Source: Alphaproteobacteria bacterium (GTDB lineage Bacteria; Pseudomonadota; Alphaproteobacteria; CALKHQ01). Taken from it: a stretch of DNA of 64,000 bases. This document shows positions 1 to 12,678 of the stretch, piece after piece. The stretch lies in contig CBDDFZ010000001.1 in NCBI GenBank assembly GCA_965227515.1, forward strand, positions 128,001 through 192,000. Direction: 5' to 3'. Both the position numbers and the translations under genes were made by a program. A model generated the notes under the pieces. The model ran no database searches, had not been told where the DNA came from, and saw nothing but the letters and a program-made list of their open reading frames with translations. Every line of letters starts with the position of its first letter. Position 1 is the first letter of the stretch.

Positions 1-933
1 TGGGGCTATGCCGCCGACCAGGGCATCGTCGACAAGTGGGCCGAGAAGTACGGCATCGAGATCGAGGTCGTGCAGATCAACGACTACATCGAGTCGATCA
101 ACCAGTACACGGCCGGCGCGTTCGACGGCTGCGTCATGACCAACATGGACGCGCTGACCATCCCGGCGGTCGGCGGCGTGGACTCGACCGCGCTGATCGT
201 CGGCGATTTCTCCAATGGCAATGACGGCATCGTCTCCAAGACCGCGACCGACATCGCGGGGCTGGCCGGCGGTTCGGTGAACCTGGTCGAGCTCAGCGTC
301 TCCCACTACCTGCTGGCGCGCGCGCTGGAGACCGCCGATCTGACCGAGCGGGACCTGACCGTGATCAACACCTCCGACGCCGACATCGTGTCGGTGTTCA
401 CCGCGTCGGACGAGGTGGAAACGGTCGTCACCTGGAACCCGCTGCTGGCGGAAGTCGGCGCCTTCCCGGGCGCGACCGCGTTGTTCGACTCAAGCCAGAT
501 CCCCGGCGAGATCATCGACATGATGGTGGTCAACACCGAGGTGCTGGCCGCCAACCCGGACTTCGCCAAGGCGCTGGTCGGCGCGTGGTACGAGACCATG
601 GCGCTGATGGCGGGCGACGACGAGGCCGCCATCGCGGCGCGCACCGCCATGGGCGTGGCGTCCGGCACCGATCTCGCCGGCTACGACGCGCAGCTCGCCA
701 GCACGCAGATGTTCTTCGAGCCGGCCGCGGCGGTGGAGTTCGTGCTCAGCCCGGCGCTGATCGAGACCATGGACAACGTGCGCCGCTTCTCCGACGAGCA
801 CGGCCTGATCGGCGCCGACCTGGACTATGTCGGCATCGGGTTCCCCGGCGGCGAGGTGCTGGGCGACGAAGGCAACGTCAAGCTGCGCTTCGACGAGACC
901 TACATGCAGATGGCGGCCGACGGGGCGCTGTAG
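1..933 (+). CDS. ABC transporter substrate-binding protein, urea/guanidine-carboxylase-associated type (5'-truncated by window edge)
   Basis: Frame open from base 1 (WGYAADQGIVDKWAEKYGIEIEVVQINDYIESINQYTAG...TNMDAL...GDFSNGNDG...LVELSVSHYLLARAL). Motifs recalled from the urea-carboxylase-region ABC SBP family. Followed by permease and ATPase. Confidence 0.85.
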   Translation, partial: WGYAADQGIVDKWAEKYGIEIEVVQINDYIESINQYTAGAFDGCVMTNMDALTIPAVGGVDSTALIVGDFSNGNDGIVSKTATDIAGLAGGSVNLVELSVSHYLLARALETADLTERDLTVINTSDADIVSVFTASDEVETVVTWNPLLAEVGAFPGATALFDSSQIPGEIIDMMVVNTEVLAANPDFAKALVGAWYETMALMAGDDEAAIAARTAMGVASGTDLAGYDAQLASTQMFFEPAAAVEFVLSPALIETMDNVRRFSDEHGLIGADLDYVGIGFPGGEVLGDEGNVKLRFDETYMQMAADGAL

Positions 934-969
934 CCCGGCGGAGACGGTGACCTTGCGTGCGGGTGGCCC

Positions 970-1782
970 GTGCCCCGGCTGATCAACCGCAAGCCGGGGC
1001 GCGAGGCGCGCCTGCTGCTCGGCATCCTGCCGTTCATCCTGCTGATCGTCGGCTATCAGGTCGCGTCGTCGGCGCGGCTGGCCGAGAACGAGGCCGACAA
1101 GCTGTTGCCCTCGTTCGCGACCATGGCGGAGGCCATCGACCAGATGGCCTTCAGCGAGGACCGGCGCACCGGGGAGTATTTGTTGTGGGTGGACACCGGG
1201 GCGAGCCTGATGCGGCTGGCCATCGGCGTGGTGGCGGCGGCCATCATCGGTATCGGCCTGGGCGTGATGATCGGGCTGCTGCCCCTGATATCGGGCCTGT
1301 TGTCGCCGTTCATGGCGGTGCTGTCGATGATCCCGCCATTGGCGCTGCTGCCGATCCTGTTCATCGCCTTCGGTACCGAAGAACTGGCCAAGGTGGTGCT
1401 GATCGTGTTCGGCATCGCGCCATTCCTGGTTCGCGACCTGGCCATGCGCACCGGCGAGATTCCGTCCGAGCTGCTAATCAAGTCGCAGACGCTGGGCGCC
1501 TCGAGCTGGCAGATCTACACCCGGGTGGCGCTGCCGATGGCGCTGCCGCGGCTGATCTCCGGGGTGCGGCTGGCGCTGGGCCCGGCCTGGCTGTTCCTGA
1601 TCGCGTCGGAGGCCATCGCGTCGACCGAAGGGCTGGGCTACCGCATCTTCCTGGTCCGCCGCTTCCTGTCGATGGACATCATCCTGGTCTACGTCGCCTG
1701 GATCACGCTGTTGGCCTACGTGATCGACTACCTGCTCGCCATGCTGTCCCGGCGGGCGTTCGCGTGGGCGCACAAGACATGA
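970..1782 (+). CDS. ABC transporter permease (NitT/TauT type)
   Basis: Multiple TM helices; KSQTLGAS (EAA-like loop); WLFLIASEAIASTEGLGYRIFLVRR. Confidence 0.9.
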   Translation: MPRLINRKPGREARLLLGILPFILLIVGYQVASSARLAENEADKLLPSFATMAEAIDQMAFSEDRRTGEYLLWVDTGASLMRLAIGVVAAAIIGIGLGVMIGLLPLISGLLSPFMAVLSMIPPLALLPILFIAFGTEELAKVVLIVFGIAPFLVRDLAMRTGEIPSELLIKSQTLGASSWQIYTRVALPMALPRLISGVRLALGPAWLFLIASEAIASTEGLGYRIFLVRRFLSMDIILVYVAWITLLAYVIDYLLAMLSRRAFAWAHKT

Positions 1783-2594
1783 GCGACGTGGCGGTGCGTG
1801 ACGTCGCGAAGTCGTTTGGCCCCAAGCCGGTGCTGGAGGGGCTCGATTTCACCGTCGACAGCGGCGCATTCTGCACCATGGTCGGCGCCAGCGGCTGCGG
1901 CAAGACCACGTTCCTGCGCATGCTGCTGGGGGTGGAGCAGCCCACCAGCGGGCAGATTCTCATCGGCGGCACGCCGCTGGCGCCGGAACCCGGCGTCGAC
2001 CGCGGCGTGGTGTTCCAGCGCTACTCGGTGTTTCCGCACTTGAGCGTGCTCCGGAACGTGATCCTGGGGCTGGAGTTCCGCGGCAATCGCTGGCTGGGAC
2101 AATTGTACGGCGCGGCGAGGGGCGCCGCTGTCGTGCGCGGCATGGAGGCACTGGAAGCGGTGGGCCTGGCGCAAGTGCGCGACGCCATGCCGACCGAGCT
2201 TTCCGGCGGCATGCTGCAGCGCCTCGCCATTGCCCAGGCGCTGATCGTGGAGCCGCGCTTCCTGCTGCTCGACGAGCCGTTCGGTGCGCTCGACCCCGGC
2301 ATCCGCAACGACATGCACGAGCTGATCGACCGGCTGTGGCGCGAGAACGACATGACCATTTTCATGATCACCCACGACCTGAAGGAGGCGTTCAAGCTGG
2401 GCACCCGGGTGCTGACCTTCGACAAGGTGCGCCATGACATCGAGGCACCGGATACCGTTGGCGCCACCATCACCTACGACCTGCCCGGCTACAACAACCG
2501 CCAGCGGCCCAGCCTGGCCGAGCGCAACACGAACGTGGCCGTGCCCAACCGGGGCGCGGCCGCCCCCACAGGAGGAAACGACCACCATGCGTAG
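1779..2594 (+). CDS. ABC transporter ATP-binding protein (NitT/TauT type)
   Basis: ATG at 1779 overlaps permease stop (ATGA). Walker A GASGCGKT, LSGGM, LLLDEPFGALD, ITHD. Confidence 0.92.
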   Translation: MSDVAVRDVAKSFGPKPVLEGLDFTVDSGAFCTMVGASGCGKTTFLRMLLGVEQPTSGQILIGGTPLAPEPGVDRGVVFQRYSVFPHLSVLRNVILGLEFRGNRWLGQLYGAARGAAVVRGMEALEAVGLAQVRDAMPTELSGGMLQRLAIAQALIVEPRFLLLDEPFGALDPGIRNDMHELIDRLWRENDMTIFMITHDLKEAFKLGTRVLTFDKVRHDIEAPDTVGATITYDLPGYNNRQRPSLAERNTNVAVPNRGAAAPTGGNDHHA

Positions 2595-3792
2595 AGCCTG
2601 CCGGCCGGTCGCCGGCGCCCTGTTGCCGGAATACCGGCGCGGCGAGCGCCGCCGCCACCACCCCGATTTCGACAAGCTGCAATCCCAGGGCTGGAAGGCG
2701 CTGGAGGGCGAGGCGGACCTGCCGGTCGCCGGCTGGCTGCGCGAGCAGGAGCGCGCGCTGAAGCTGGGTCTGCCAGGCGCGGAGTCGATCAACGACAAGG
2801 CGATCCCCACCTTCGCGCGGGGGGAGCTGCCGCACTTCGCCGGCATCAACACCTTCATGAAGGCGCCCTACGTGGAGGATGTGCGCGACGTCGGCAAGTT
2901 CGATGCCGCGGTACTGGGCATTCCGTTCGACGGCGGCACCACCTACCGCCCCGGCACCCGGTTCGGGCCGCAGGGCATCCGCAAGATCTCAGCGCTTTAC
3001 ACGCCCTACAACTACGAGCTTGGCGTCGACCTGCGCGAGCAGATGACGCTGTGCGACGCCGGCGACGTGTTCACCATCCCGGCCAACCTGGAAAAGACCT
3101 TCGACCAGATCACCCGCGGCGTCAGCCACGTGTTCTCGTCCGGCGCGCTGCCGATCATGCTCGGCGGCGACCATTCCATCGGCTTTCCCTGCGTGCGCGG
3201 CATCGCCCAGTGCACCTCGCGGCGTATCGGCATCATCCACTTCGACCGCCACGTCGACACCCAGGAGAAGGACCTGGACGAGCGCATGCACACCACGCCG
3301 TGGTTCCATGCCACCAACATGCCCAACGTGCCGGCGGTGAATTTGGTGCAGGTCGGCATCGGCGGCTGGCAGGTGCCGCGCGAGGGCGTGCAGGTGGCGC
3401 GCGAACGCGGCACCACGGTGCTGACCATCGGCGACGTCGAGCAGCTTGGGCCGGAGAAGGTGGCCGAAGTGGCGCTCGATGTCGCCTGGAAGGGCGCCGA
3501 CGCGGTCTACATCAGCTTCGACATCGACAGCATCGACTGCGGGTTCGTGCCCGGCACCGGCTGGCCGGAGCCCGGCGGCCTGCTGCCGCGCGAGGCCTTG
3601 AAGATGCTGGGCCTGGTGGCTGCGGAGGGCATCTGCGGCCTGGAGGTGGTCGAGGTCTCCCCACCCTATGACACGGCGGAGATCACCGCCCTGATGGCAA
3701 CCCGCATCGTGGTCGAGACCCTGGGCACGCTGGTCGCCCACAACAAGCTCGGCGCGCACAAGGACATCATCGACAAGCCTGTAACCTACTAG
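2587..3792 (+). CDS. gdmH: Ureohydrolase/agmatinase-family enzyme, guanidine hydrolase (GdmH/Sll1077) type
   Basis: Metal motifs GGDHS, HFDRHVD, SFDIDSID. Segments RGELPHFAGINTFMKAPY, GTTYRPGTRFGPQGIR, TQEKDLDERMHT and GTGWPEPGG closely match my recollection of cyanobacterial GdmH. RBS AGGAGG upstream. Confidence 0.8.
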   Translation: MRRACRPVAGALLPEYRRGERRRHHPDFDKLQSQGWKALEGEADLPVAGWLREQERALKLGLPGAESINDKAIPTFARGELPHFAGINTFMKAPYVEDVRDVGKFDAAVLGIPFDGGTTYRPGTRFGPQGIRKISALYTPYNYELGVDLREQMTLCDAGDVFTIPANLEKTFDQITRGVSHVFSSGALPIMLGGDHSIGFPCVRGIAQCTSRRIGIIHFDRHVDTQEKDLDERMHTTPWFHATNMPNVPAVNLVQVGIGGWQVPREGVQVARERGTTVLTIGDVEQLGPEKVAEVALDVAWKGADAVYISFDIDSIDCGFVPGTGWPEPGGLLPREALKMLGLVAAEGICGLEVVEVSPPYDTAEITALMATRIVVETLGTLVAHNKLGAHKDIIDKPVTY

Positions 3793-3795
3793 AAC

Positions 3796-3924
3796 CCGTC
3801 ATTGCGAGGAGCGACGCGAATGCGGCGCGACCCTGATAGCCAATGGGCAATCCAGAGCAACCTCTGCACGGTTACGGCAATCGCCTGGATCGCCGCGCCG
3901 GCAATTGCCGGCTCGCGATGACGG
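3796..3924. repeat. Alphaproteobacterial REP/RPE-like palindromic element
   Basis: Terminal inverted repeats CCGTCATTGCGAG ... CTCGCGATGACGG, with inner GCAATCCAG ... CTGGATCGC. Confidence 0.75.
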
Positions 3925-3950
3925 CTGAGTTATTGGGATAGGAAACCACT

Positions 3951-4442
3951 ATGGCACCGCACGACCATCCGCATCACCACCATCACCACCCGCACGCCAT
4001 CGGCCATAACCGGCCGCCGCCGGACCACACGCCGGGCCACACCCAGTGGCAGACGCCGCACCTGGACCACGCGCCGCCCACCGACGCCGGCAACGACGAT
4101 GCCGCCGCGGTCGACTTCGACCTGGTGGAGGCCGCGTTCATGGAAGGGTTCGCCACCGCATCCGACCCGGTCAGCTTCCTGCGCCTGGCCGGTGTGCCGC
4201 TGGTCGGCGCCACCGACGACGGGCGCGAGCTCTGCCTGCTCAGAATCGAGGCCGGCCGCACCACCGATGTCGGCGCGCTGACGCCACAGCTCGGCGGCGG
4301 CGCGCATAGCTATGCCCCGCTGCCGAAGTCCATGGTCGGCCGCCGCGACCGGCTGGACCTGATCTATACCGACGGCGAGGCACCGGTGGCGCTGTCGCTG
4401 GCCGCCGCCCGCCGGCTGGCCGACCGCACCCCGAGCGTGTAG
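3951..4442 (+). CDS. His-rich hypothetical protein (candidate metal/nickel accessory protein)
   Basis: N-terminus HDHPHHHHHHPH, then globular-looking DFDLVEAAFMEGF...DPVSFLRLAGVP region. AGGA RBS; same strand as gdmH. Confidence 0.75.
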   Translation: MAPHDHPHHHHHHPHAIGHNRPPPDHTPGHTQWQTPHLDHAPPTDAGNDDAAAVDFDLVEAAFMEGFATASDPVSFLRLAGVPLVGATDDGRELCLLRIEAGRTTDVGALTPQLGGGAHSYAPLPKSMVGRRDRLDLIYTDGEAPVALSLAAARRLADRTPSV

Positions 4443-4475
4443 AGTCCGTCGATCAAGTCACGTTGAGCGGACCAC

Positions 4476-5363
4476 ATGACAGGCACATTCACGGTCGGAT
4501 GCGTGCAGGTGACGGCGGGGCCGGAGTTCGAGCCCAACATCGCCGCAGCGGAGCGCTTCATCCGCCAGGCGGTCGACCAGGGCGCGGACCTGGTCTGCAC
4601 GCCCGAGAACGTGGCGATGATCCAGAACCGCCGCCGGCTGATCCTGGAGCATGCGCTGCCCGAGGACGAGCACCCGGCGCTGCCACGCCTGCGGGCGGTG
4701 GCGCGGGAGACCGGCGCCTGGCTGCTGATCGGCTCGCTGCACATCCGGCTGGATACCGAGATGGCCGCCAACCGCTCGTTCCTGATCGACGACCGGGGTG
4801 AGATCGCCGCCCGCTACGACAAGATCCACATGTTCGACGTGACCCAGAAGAACGGCGAGCGCTACCACGAATCCGCGACGTTCCGGGGCGGCGACCGCGC
4901 CATGCTGGCGGCGACACCGTGGGGGCCGACCGGGCTGACCGTCTGCTACGACGTGCGCTTCCCGGCGCTCTACCGGGCGCTGGCCCAGGCCGGCGCACGC
5001 TTCCTGACCGTGCCGTCGGCGTTCACCCGCTTCACCGGCGAGGCGCACTGGCACACGCTGTTGCGCGCCCGCGCCATCGAGACCGGGTGCTTCGTGTTCG
5101 CGCCGGCGCAGTGCGGCGAACATGCCGGCGGGCGCAAGACCTATGGCCACTCTCTGGTCGTCGACCCCTGGGGCGAGGTGCTGGCGGACGGCGGCACCGA
5201 ACCGGGCGTGATCACCGCAGAGATCGAGTCGACTCGGATCGAGGATGCGCGCGGCATGGTGCCGTCGCTGGAGCACGACCGTGCATTCGCCGAGCCCGTG
5301 CCGGTGCAGCCGCTCGCAGAGCCGCGCCCCGACATGGAACCCGAAGGCGCCGGGCACGGTTGA
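4476..5363 (+). CDS. Carbon-nitrogen hydrolase (Nit1/deaminated glutathione amidase type)
   Basis: Catalytic E-K-C triad motifs TPEN, YDKIHMFDV, VCYDVRFP; AHWHTLLRARAIE; GHSLVVDPWG. Confidence 0.9.
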   Translation: MTGTFTVGCVQVTAGPEFEPNIAAAERFIRQAVDQGADLVCTPENVAMIQNRRRLILEHALPEDEHPALPRLRAVARETGAWLLIGSLHIRLDTEMAANRSFLIDDRGEIAARYDKIHMFDVTQKNGERYHESATFRGGDRAMLAATPWGPTGLTVCYDVRFPALYRALAQAGARFLTVPSAFTRFTGEAHWHTLLRARAIETGCFVFAPAQCGEHAGGRKTYGHSLVVDPWGEVLADGGTEPGVITAEIESTRIEDARGMVPSLEHDRAFAEPVPVQPLAEPRPDMEPEGAGHG

Positions 5364-5412
5364 GTTGGCAACAGTTCGGCCAGCAACAGTTCCACTGGCA
5401 ACAGTTGAACTT
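5354..5412. repeat. 15-bp-period tandem repeat (GCAACAGTT core x3) starting at the nitrilase stop codon
   Basis: GCAACAGTT at 5368, 5383 and 5398; degenerate GCACGGTT copy reaching into the TGA. Confidence 0.7.
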
Positions 5413-5495
5413 GGGCCCGATCCGCTTCATTTAGGACGGATTGTCATCTGGCTGTCATACTGGCGGCCGCCACCAGGGCGCAGGAGCGCGCACGC

Positions 5496-6053
5496 ATGAT
5501 CGTTTTCCAACTCCGCTGCGGCCAGGACCATGAGTTCGAGGCATGGTTCCGGGACGGCGCCACGTTCGACGCCCAGGCCGCGGCCGGCGAGGTGACCTGC
5601 CCGATGTGCGGCGACACCGAGGTGGAGAAGGCGCCGATGGCGCCGCGCATCAACAAGGGCTCGGCCGCGCCGGTGCGCGCACAGCAGGCGCAAGCCGATG
5701 CCGATACGGCCAGCACCGAGGATGCCGGAGCGGACCAGGCACCGAACACACCCTCGGACAGCAAATCGGTCTCGGTCCCCGAAGGCGCGAAGGAACTCGC
5801 CCGTGCTGAGATGGCCAAGGCGATGCGCGAGATGGCGCGCCTGCGCACCGCGCTCCACCACGTCAAGAAGGTGGTGGAGGAGAACTTCGAGAACGTCGGC
5901 GACGGCTTCCCAGCCGAGGCGCGCAAGATCCACCATGGCGAGGCCGAGGAACGGCCGATCTACGGCAACGCCACCGATGCCGAGGCCGAGGAACTGGCCG
6001 ACGAGGGCGTGCCGGTGGCGCGCCTGCCCTGGCCCGGCCGCTCGGACGCATAG
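5496..6053 (+). CDS. DUF1178 family protein
   Basis: MIVFQLRCGQDHEFEAWF, CPMCG, VGDGFPAEARKIHHGE...IYG. Usual neighbour of Nit1 in alphaproteobacteria. Confidence 0.9.
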   Translation: MIVFQLRCGQDHEFEAWFRDGATFDAQAAAGEVTCPMCGDTEVEKAPMAPRINKGSAAPVRAQQAQADADTASTEDAGADQAPNTPSDSKSVSVPEGAKELARAEMAKAMREMARLRTALHHVKKVVEENFENVGDGFPAEARKIHHGEAEERPIYGNATDAEAEELADEGVPVARLPWPGRSDA

Positions 6054-6079
6054 AGCGGCTGGTGCAGGCCCATAGCCTG

Positions 6080-6228
6080 CTAGATCGTTTTTCCCTCTCG
6101 CTGAATCGGCACCAGCCCTCACCCATTCCCATGCGGTCGCGCATCCGCGCTCCAGTTTGGCACCCGGCCGCCCAACGCTAGTCTCCTCTCAGGTTGGCCG
6201 GACGGAGGTGAGGGCCGGCACAGATCAA
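6080..6228. mobile_element. Degenerate copy of ~130-bp CTAG-bounded palindromic MITE-like element (family B)
   Basis: CTAGATC...CGCTGAATCGGCACCAGCCCTCACCC...CCGGCC...GGCCGGACGGAGGTGAGGGCCGGCACAGATCA, similar to copies at 31294, 33080, 45547 and 58666; has an internal insertion. Confidence 0.6.
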
Positions 6229-6240
6229 CCGGCAGGCCCT

Positions 6241-7800
<1,560 letters not shown>

Positions 7801-7951
7801 TCATCCAGGGTGTGAGGTGGATCACACTGTGATTCCGGTCACTTAGCGGCCCGAAGGGGGCTTGAAAGCCACGCAATTCGGGGGTTTCGGCAAGCTGCCG
7901 ATTGACCGGGGGCGCGTTAGCTTGCAGGTTGCGCCCAACGGAGGTACGCCG

Positions 7952-9016
7952 ATGATCGCAACGTTGAAATGGCTGGGCCTGTGCGCGCTGGCCGGCCTGT
8001 TCGCGGCCCAGTTCGCCGCGGGCGCCGCGGCCCAGGATGCGCCCGGGGGAACGGTCGACACCATCGCCATCCTGACGCCCGAGCAGGGCACGGACTACGG
8101 CTGGAACCAGCAGGGCGTGGAAGCGGCGCGCGCGGTGGCGGAGGCGTACGGCCTGGAGTTCCTGCCGGCCGAGGGGCTGGGCTATGGCGACGTGCGACCG
8201 ACCTTGCGCGAGCTGGCCGAGGAAGGTGCCGACCTGATGATCGCGCACGCCAGCGGCTACAACACCGCCGCACCCGAGATCGCGGCGGAAACAGGCGTGC
8301 CGGTGGCGATCACCGACCGGCCCGACGATCTGGTGCCGGGCCAGGTCGCCGACTACACGCTCTACGGCCACGAGGGCGCGTTCATGGCCGGCGCGCTTGC
8401 CGCGCGGATGACGCGCACCGGCACGCTCGGCATCGTCGTCTCCGGCGAGCCGCCGGGGTGGAACGCGCATTCCGGCGGCTTCGCGCTCGGCGCGCGGCGC
8501 ACCGACCCGACGGTCGAAATCGTCTACGCCGTCATCGGCCCCGCCGCCTATGCCGACGCCGAGGGCGGACGCCGGGTGACCGAGACCGTCATCGCCGCCG
8601 GCGCCGACATCGTCTTCGGCCAGGGCGACGGCTCCAGCTTCGGCATGATCCAGGCGGTGGAGACCACCCCGGCGGTCGACGGCGGCAAGGTCTGGTTCAT
8701 CGACGTCATCGGCGACAAATCGGAGCTGGACCAGGGCCACCTGCTCTCATCCGTGCTGTGGAACATGGAGCCGGTGTTCAGCGCCATGGTGGACGATCTC
8801 GAAGCCGGCACGTTCGGCAGCCGCGGCTATGGCATCCAGCTCGCCGACGACAGCGTGCAGTTGCTGCGCACGCCACACATCCCCGACGAGGTGTGGGCGG
8901 AGTTGATGACGCTGCGCGACGACATCATCGCCGGCGAGGTGTTCGTGGAGCTGATCGCCGACGCCCGCGAGGTGCGCGACCTGATGAATGCGGTCGCGGA
9001 GGACGGTGCGCAATAA
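7952..9016 (+). CDS. BMP-family ABC substrate-binding protein (nucleoside / putative vitamin B6 type)
   Basis: Signal peptide; TDYGWNQQG; IAHASGY; GADIVFGQGDG; GGAGG RBS. Confidence 0.8.
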   Translation: MIATLKWLGLCALAGLFAAQFAAGAAAQDAPGGTVDTIAILTPEQGTDYGWNQQGVEAARAVAEAYGLEFLPAEGLGYGDVRPTLRELAEEGADLMIAHASGYNTAAPEIAAETGVPVAITDRPDDLVPGQVADYTLYGHEGAFMAGALAARMTRTGTLGIVVSGEPPGWNAHSGGFALGARRTDPTVEIVYAVIGPAAYADAEGGRRVTETVIAAGADIVFGQGDGSSFGMIQAVETTPAVDGGKVWFIDVIGDKSELDQGHLLSSVLWNMEPVFSAMVDDLEAGTFGSRGYGIQLADDSVQLLRTPHIPDEVWAELMTLRDDIIAGEVFVELIADAREVRDLMNAVAEDGAQ

Positions 9017-9032
9017 CGCGCGCCGGGCCAAT

Positions 9033-10635
<1,603 letters not shown>

Positions 10636-10646
<11 letters not shown>

Positions 10647-11664
10647 CCCGGTCCGTGGCGCGCTGCGCGCCATCGTCCCCATCCTCGCGGCGCTGGTCGC
10701 AGGCGGTGTCGTGCTGCTCGCGTTCGGCGCCGATCCGCTGGCCTATTACGGCTATGTGGTGGAGCGCGGCCTGTTCTCGCCGAGCGGCCTGGAAGCCACC
10801 CTCACGCGCATGGCGCCGCTGCTGCTGATCGCGGCCGGGCTGATCGTCGCCTTCCGCGCCGGGCTGTGGAACCTGGGCGTCGACGGGCAGTTCCTGCTGG
10901 CAGCGGTCTGCGCAGCCGCAGCGGCGCCCGCGTTGCTGCCGCATCTGGGCGGCGGGCTGACGCTCGTCGCCGCGTGTGTCATCGGCATCGTGGTCGGCGC
11001 GGCGTGGTCGCTGTTGCCCGCCTTCCTGAAGGCCGCCCAGGGCATCAACGAGATCATCTCGACCCTGATGACGAGCTTCCTGGGTCTCGGGCTGGCCAAC
11101 CTGCTGATCAAGACCGTGTTCGACGACCCGACCACCACCTCGCCGCAGACCGCAACCCTGGACGTCGCCGACAGGCTGGGCCGGATCGGCGGCACCACCG
11201 TGCATTGGGGCGTGGTGCTGGCGGCGGTGCTGGTGATCGCGGTGCACCTGATGATGCGCCACACCGCTATCGGCTTGCGGCTGCAAATGATCGGCGCCAG
11301 CCCGCGCGCCGCGCGCCATTTCGGGCTCAACGTGGGTGCTCTGACATTTCTCGCCTTCGCGCTCAGCGCCGGGCTGGTCGGGCTGGGCGGCGCGGTCGAC
11401 GTGCTGGGCGTCCACGGCAACGTCGCCGCCGACTGGAACCCGGCCTATGGCCTGTTGGCGATCCCGCTGGTGTTCCTCGCCCGCTTCAACGGCTACGCGG
11501 TGATCGCGCTGGTGTTCGTGTTCGCCATGTTGCTGATCGGCGGCGAGAGTGCCGCCCGGCGCACCGACGTGCCGACCTTCTTCGTGCCGGTGCTGATCGC
11601 CTTGATGCTGGTGTTCCTGACCCTGGTCGAGGTCGCCGGCCAGCGCCGCAAGGTGGTGGTTTGA
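10636..11664 (+). CDS. ABC permease 1 (nucleoside/CUT2 type)
   Basis: Hydrophobic; FRAGLWNLGVDGQ; INEIISTLM. Confidence 0.88.
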
Positions 11665-12533
11665 TGGAGGCCCTGCTCACCGCGACCTTTCTCGGCGCGC
11701 TGCTGACCGGTGCCATTACCGCCGGCACGCCGTTGCTGCTGGCCGGCCTCGGTGAGCAGGTGTCGGAGAAGTCCGGGGTACTGAACGTGGGGCTGGAGGG
11801 CATGATGCTGCTTGGCGCCCTTGCCGGCTTCGCCGCCGCGCACGGCACGGGGTCGTTCCTGGCCGGCTATTTTGCGGGCGCGCTGGCCGGGCTGGCAGGA
11901 GCGGCGGTGATGATCGTGCTCTGCGTCGTGCTGCGCGCCAACCAAATCGTGGTCGGCATCGCGATCACGCTTGGCGCCGGCGGCCTGACCGCGCTGATGC
12001 ATCACTTCGCCTACAGCCGCGCCCGCCCGCGCCTGCCCGATGCCGCCGACTGGCCGATACCGCTGCTGGCCGTGGCACTGGTGGCGGCGGTGTGGTGGGT
12101 CTTCCGCCACACCCAGGCCGGCCTCAACCTGCAAGCCGCCGGCGACCGGCCCGCGGCCCTGGATGCCGCAGGCGTCAGCGTCACGCGGACCCGCGCCATG
12201 GCGCTCGCCGTCACCGGGCTACTGGCCGGGCTGGGCGGCGCCTATATGTCGACCGTGGGCGCCGGGCTGTTCGAGCCGCGCATGACCGGGGGCGCCGGCT
12301 TCATTGCCATTGTGCTGGCGATGCTGGCGCGCGGCCAGCCGTTATGGGTGCTGGCCGGCGCGTTCGTGTTCGGGCTCAGCCTGGAGTTGACCACCGCGCT
12401 TCAGCTTGCCGGCATCGACGCGCCGACCGACCTGGTGCTGATGCTGCCATTCGCGCTGGTACTGCTGATGCTGCTGGTGTTCGGGCGGCATAGCCGCTTG
12501 CCGCCGGCACTGGGGATACCGTATCGGCGGTAG
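11664..12533 (+). CDS. ABC permease 2 (nucleoside/CUT2 type)
   Basis: ATG overlapping previous stop (TGATG); SEKSGVLNVGLEGMML; GAGFIAIVLAML. Confidence 0.88.
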   Translation: MEALLTATFLGALLTGAITAGTPLLLAGLGEQVSEKSGVLNVGLEGMMLLGALAGFAAAHGTGSFLAGYFAGALAGLAGAAVMIVLCVVLRANQIVVGIAITLGAGGLTALMHHFAYSRARPRLPDAADWPIPLLAVALVAAVWWVFRHTQAGLNLQAAGDRPAALDAAGVSVTRTRAMALAVTGLLAGLGGAYMSTVGAGLFEPRMTGGAGFIAIVLAMLARGQPLWVLAGAFVFGLSLELTTALQLAGIDAPTDLVLMLPFALVLLMLLVFGRHSRLPPALGIPYRR

Positions 12534-12558
12534 ATCGGGTACTGGCAACAAATGAAGT

Positions 12559-12649
12559 CGTCATGCTCGGGCTTGTCCCGAGCATCCACGAGATGGCCGC
12601 CTGAGCGGCCAATAAGACGTGGATGCCCGCAACAAGTGCGGGCATGACG
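12559..12649. repeat. REP pair (family C variant) between convergent genes
   Basis: CGTCATGCTCGGGCTTGTCCCGAGCATCCAC ... GTGGATGCCCGCAACAAGTGCGGGCATGACG. Confidence 0.8.
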
Positions 12650-12678
12650 TCATGTGTTTCTTGCCGTGAAAATCATAC

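Noticed and set aside
1-70. Guanidine riboswitch
   Set aside because: The window begins inside the SBP coding sequence, so any leader lies outside it
4476-5363. Nitrilase as a member of the guanidine pathway (33 bp after the His-rich gene)
   Set aside because: It has Nit1-type motifs and its usual DUF1178 neighbour, so it looks like a housekeeping pair with the guanidine genes placed upstream
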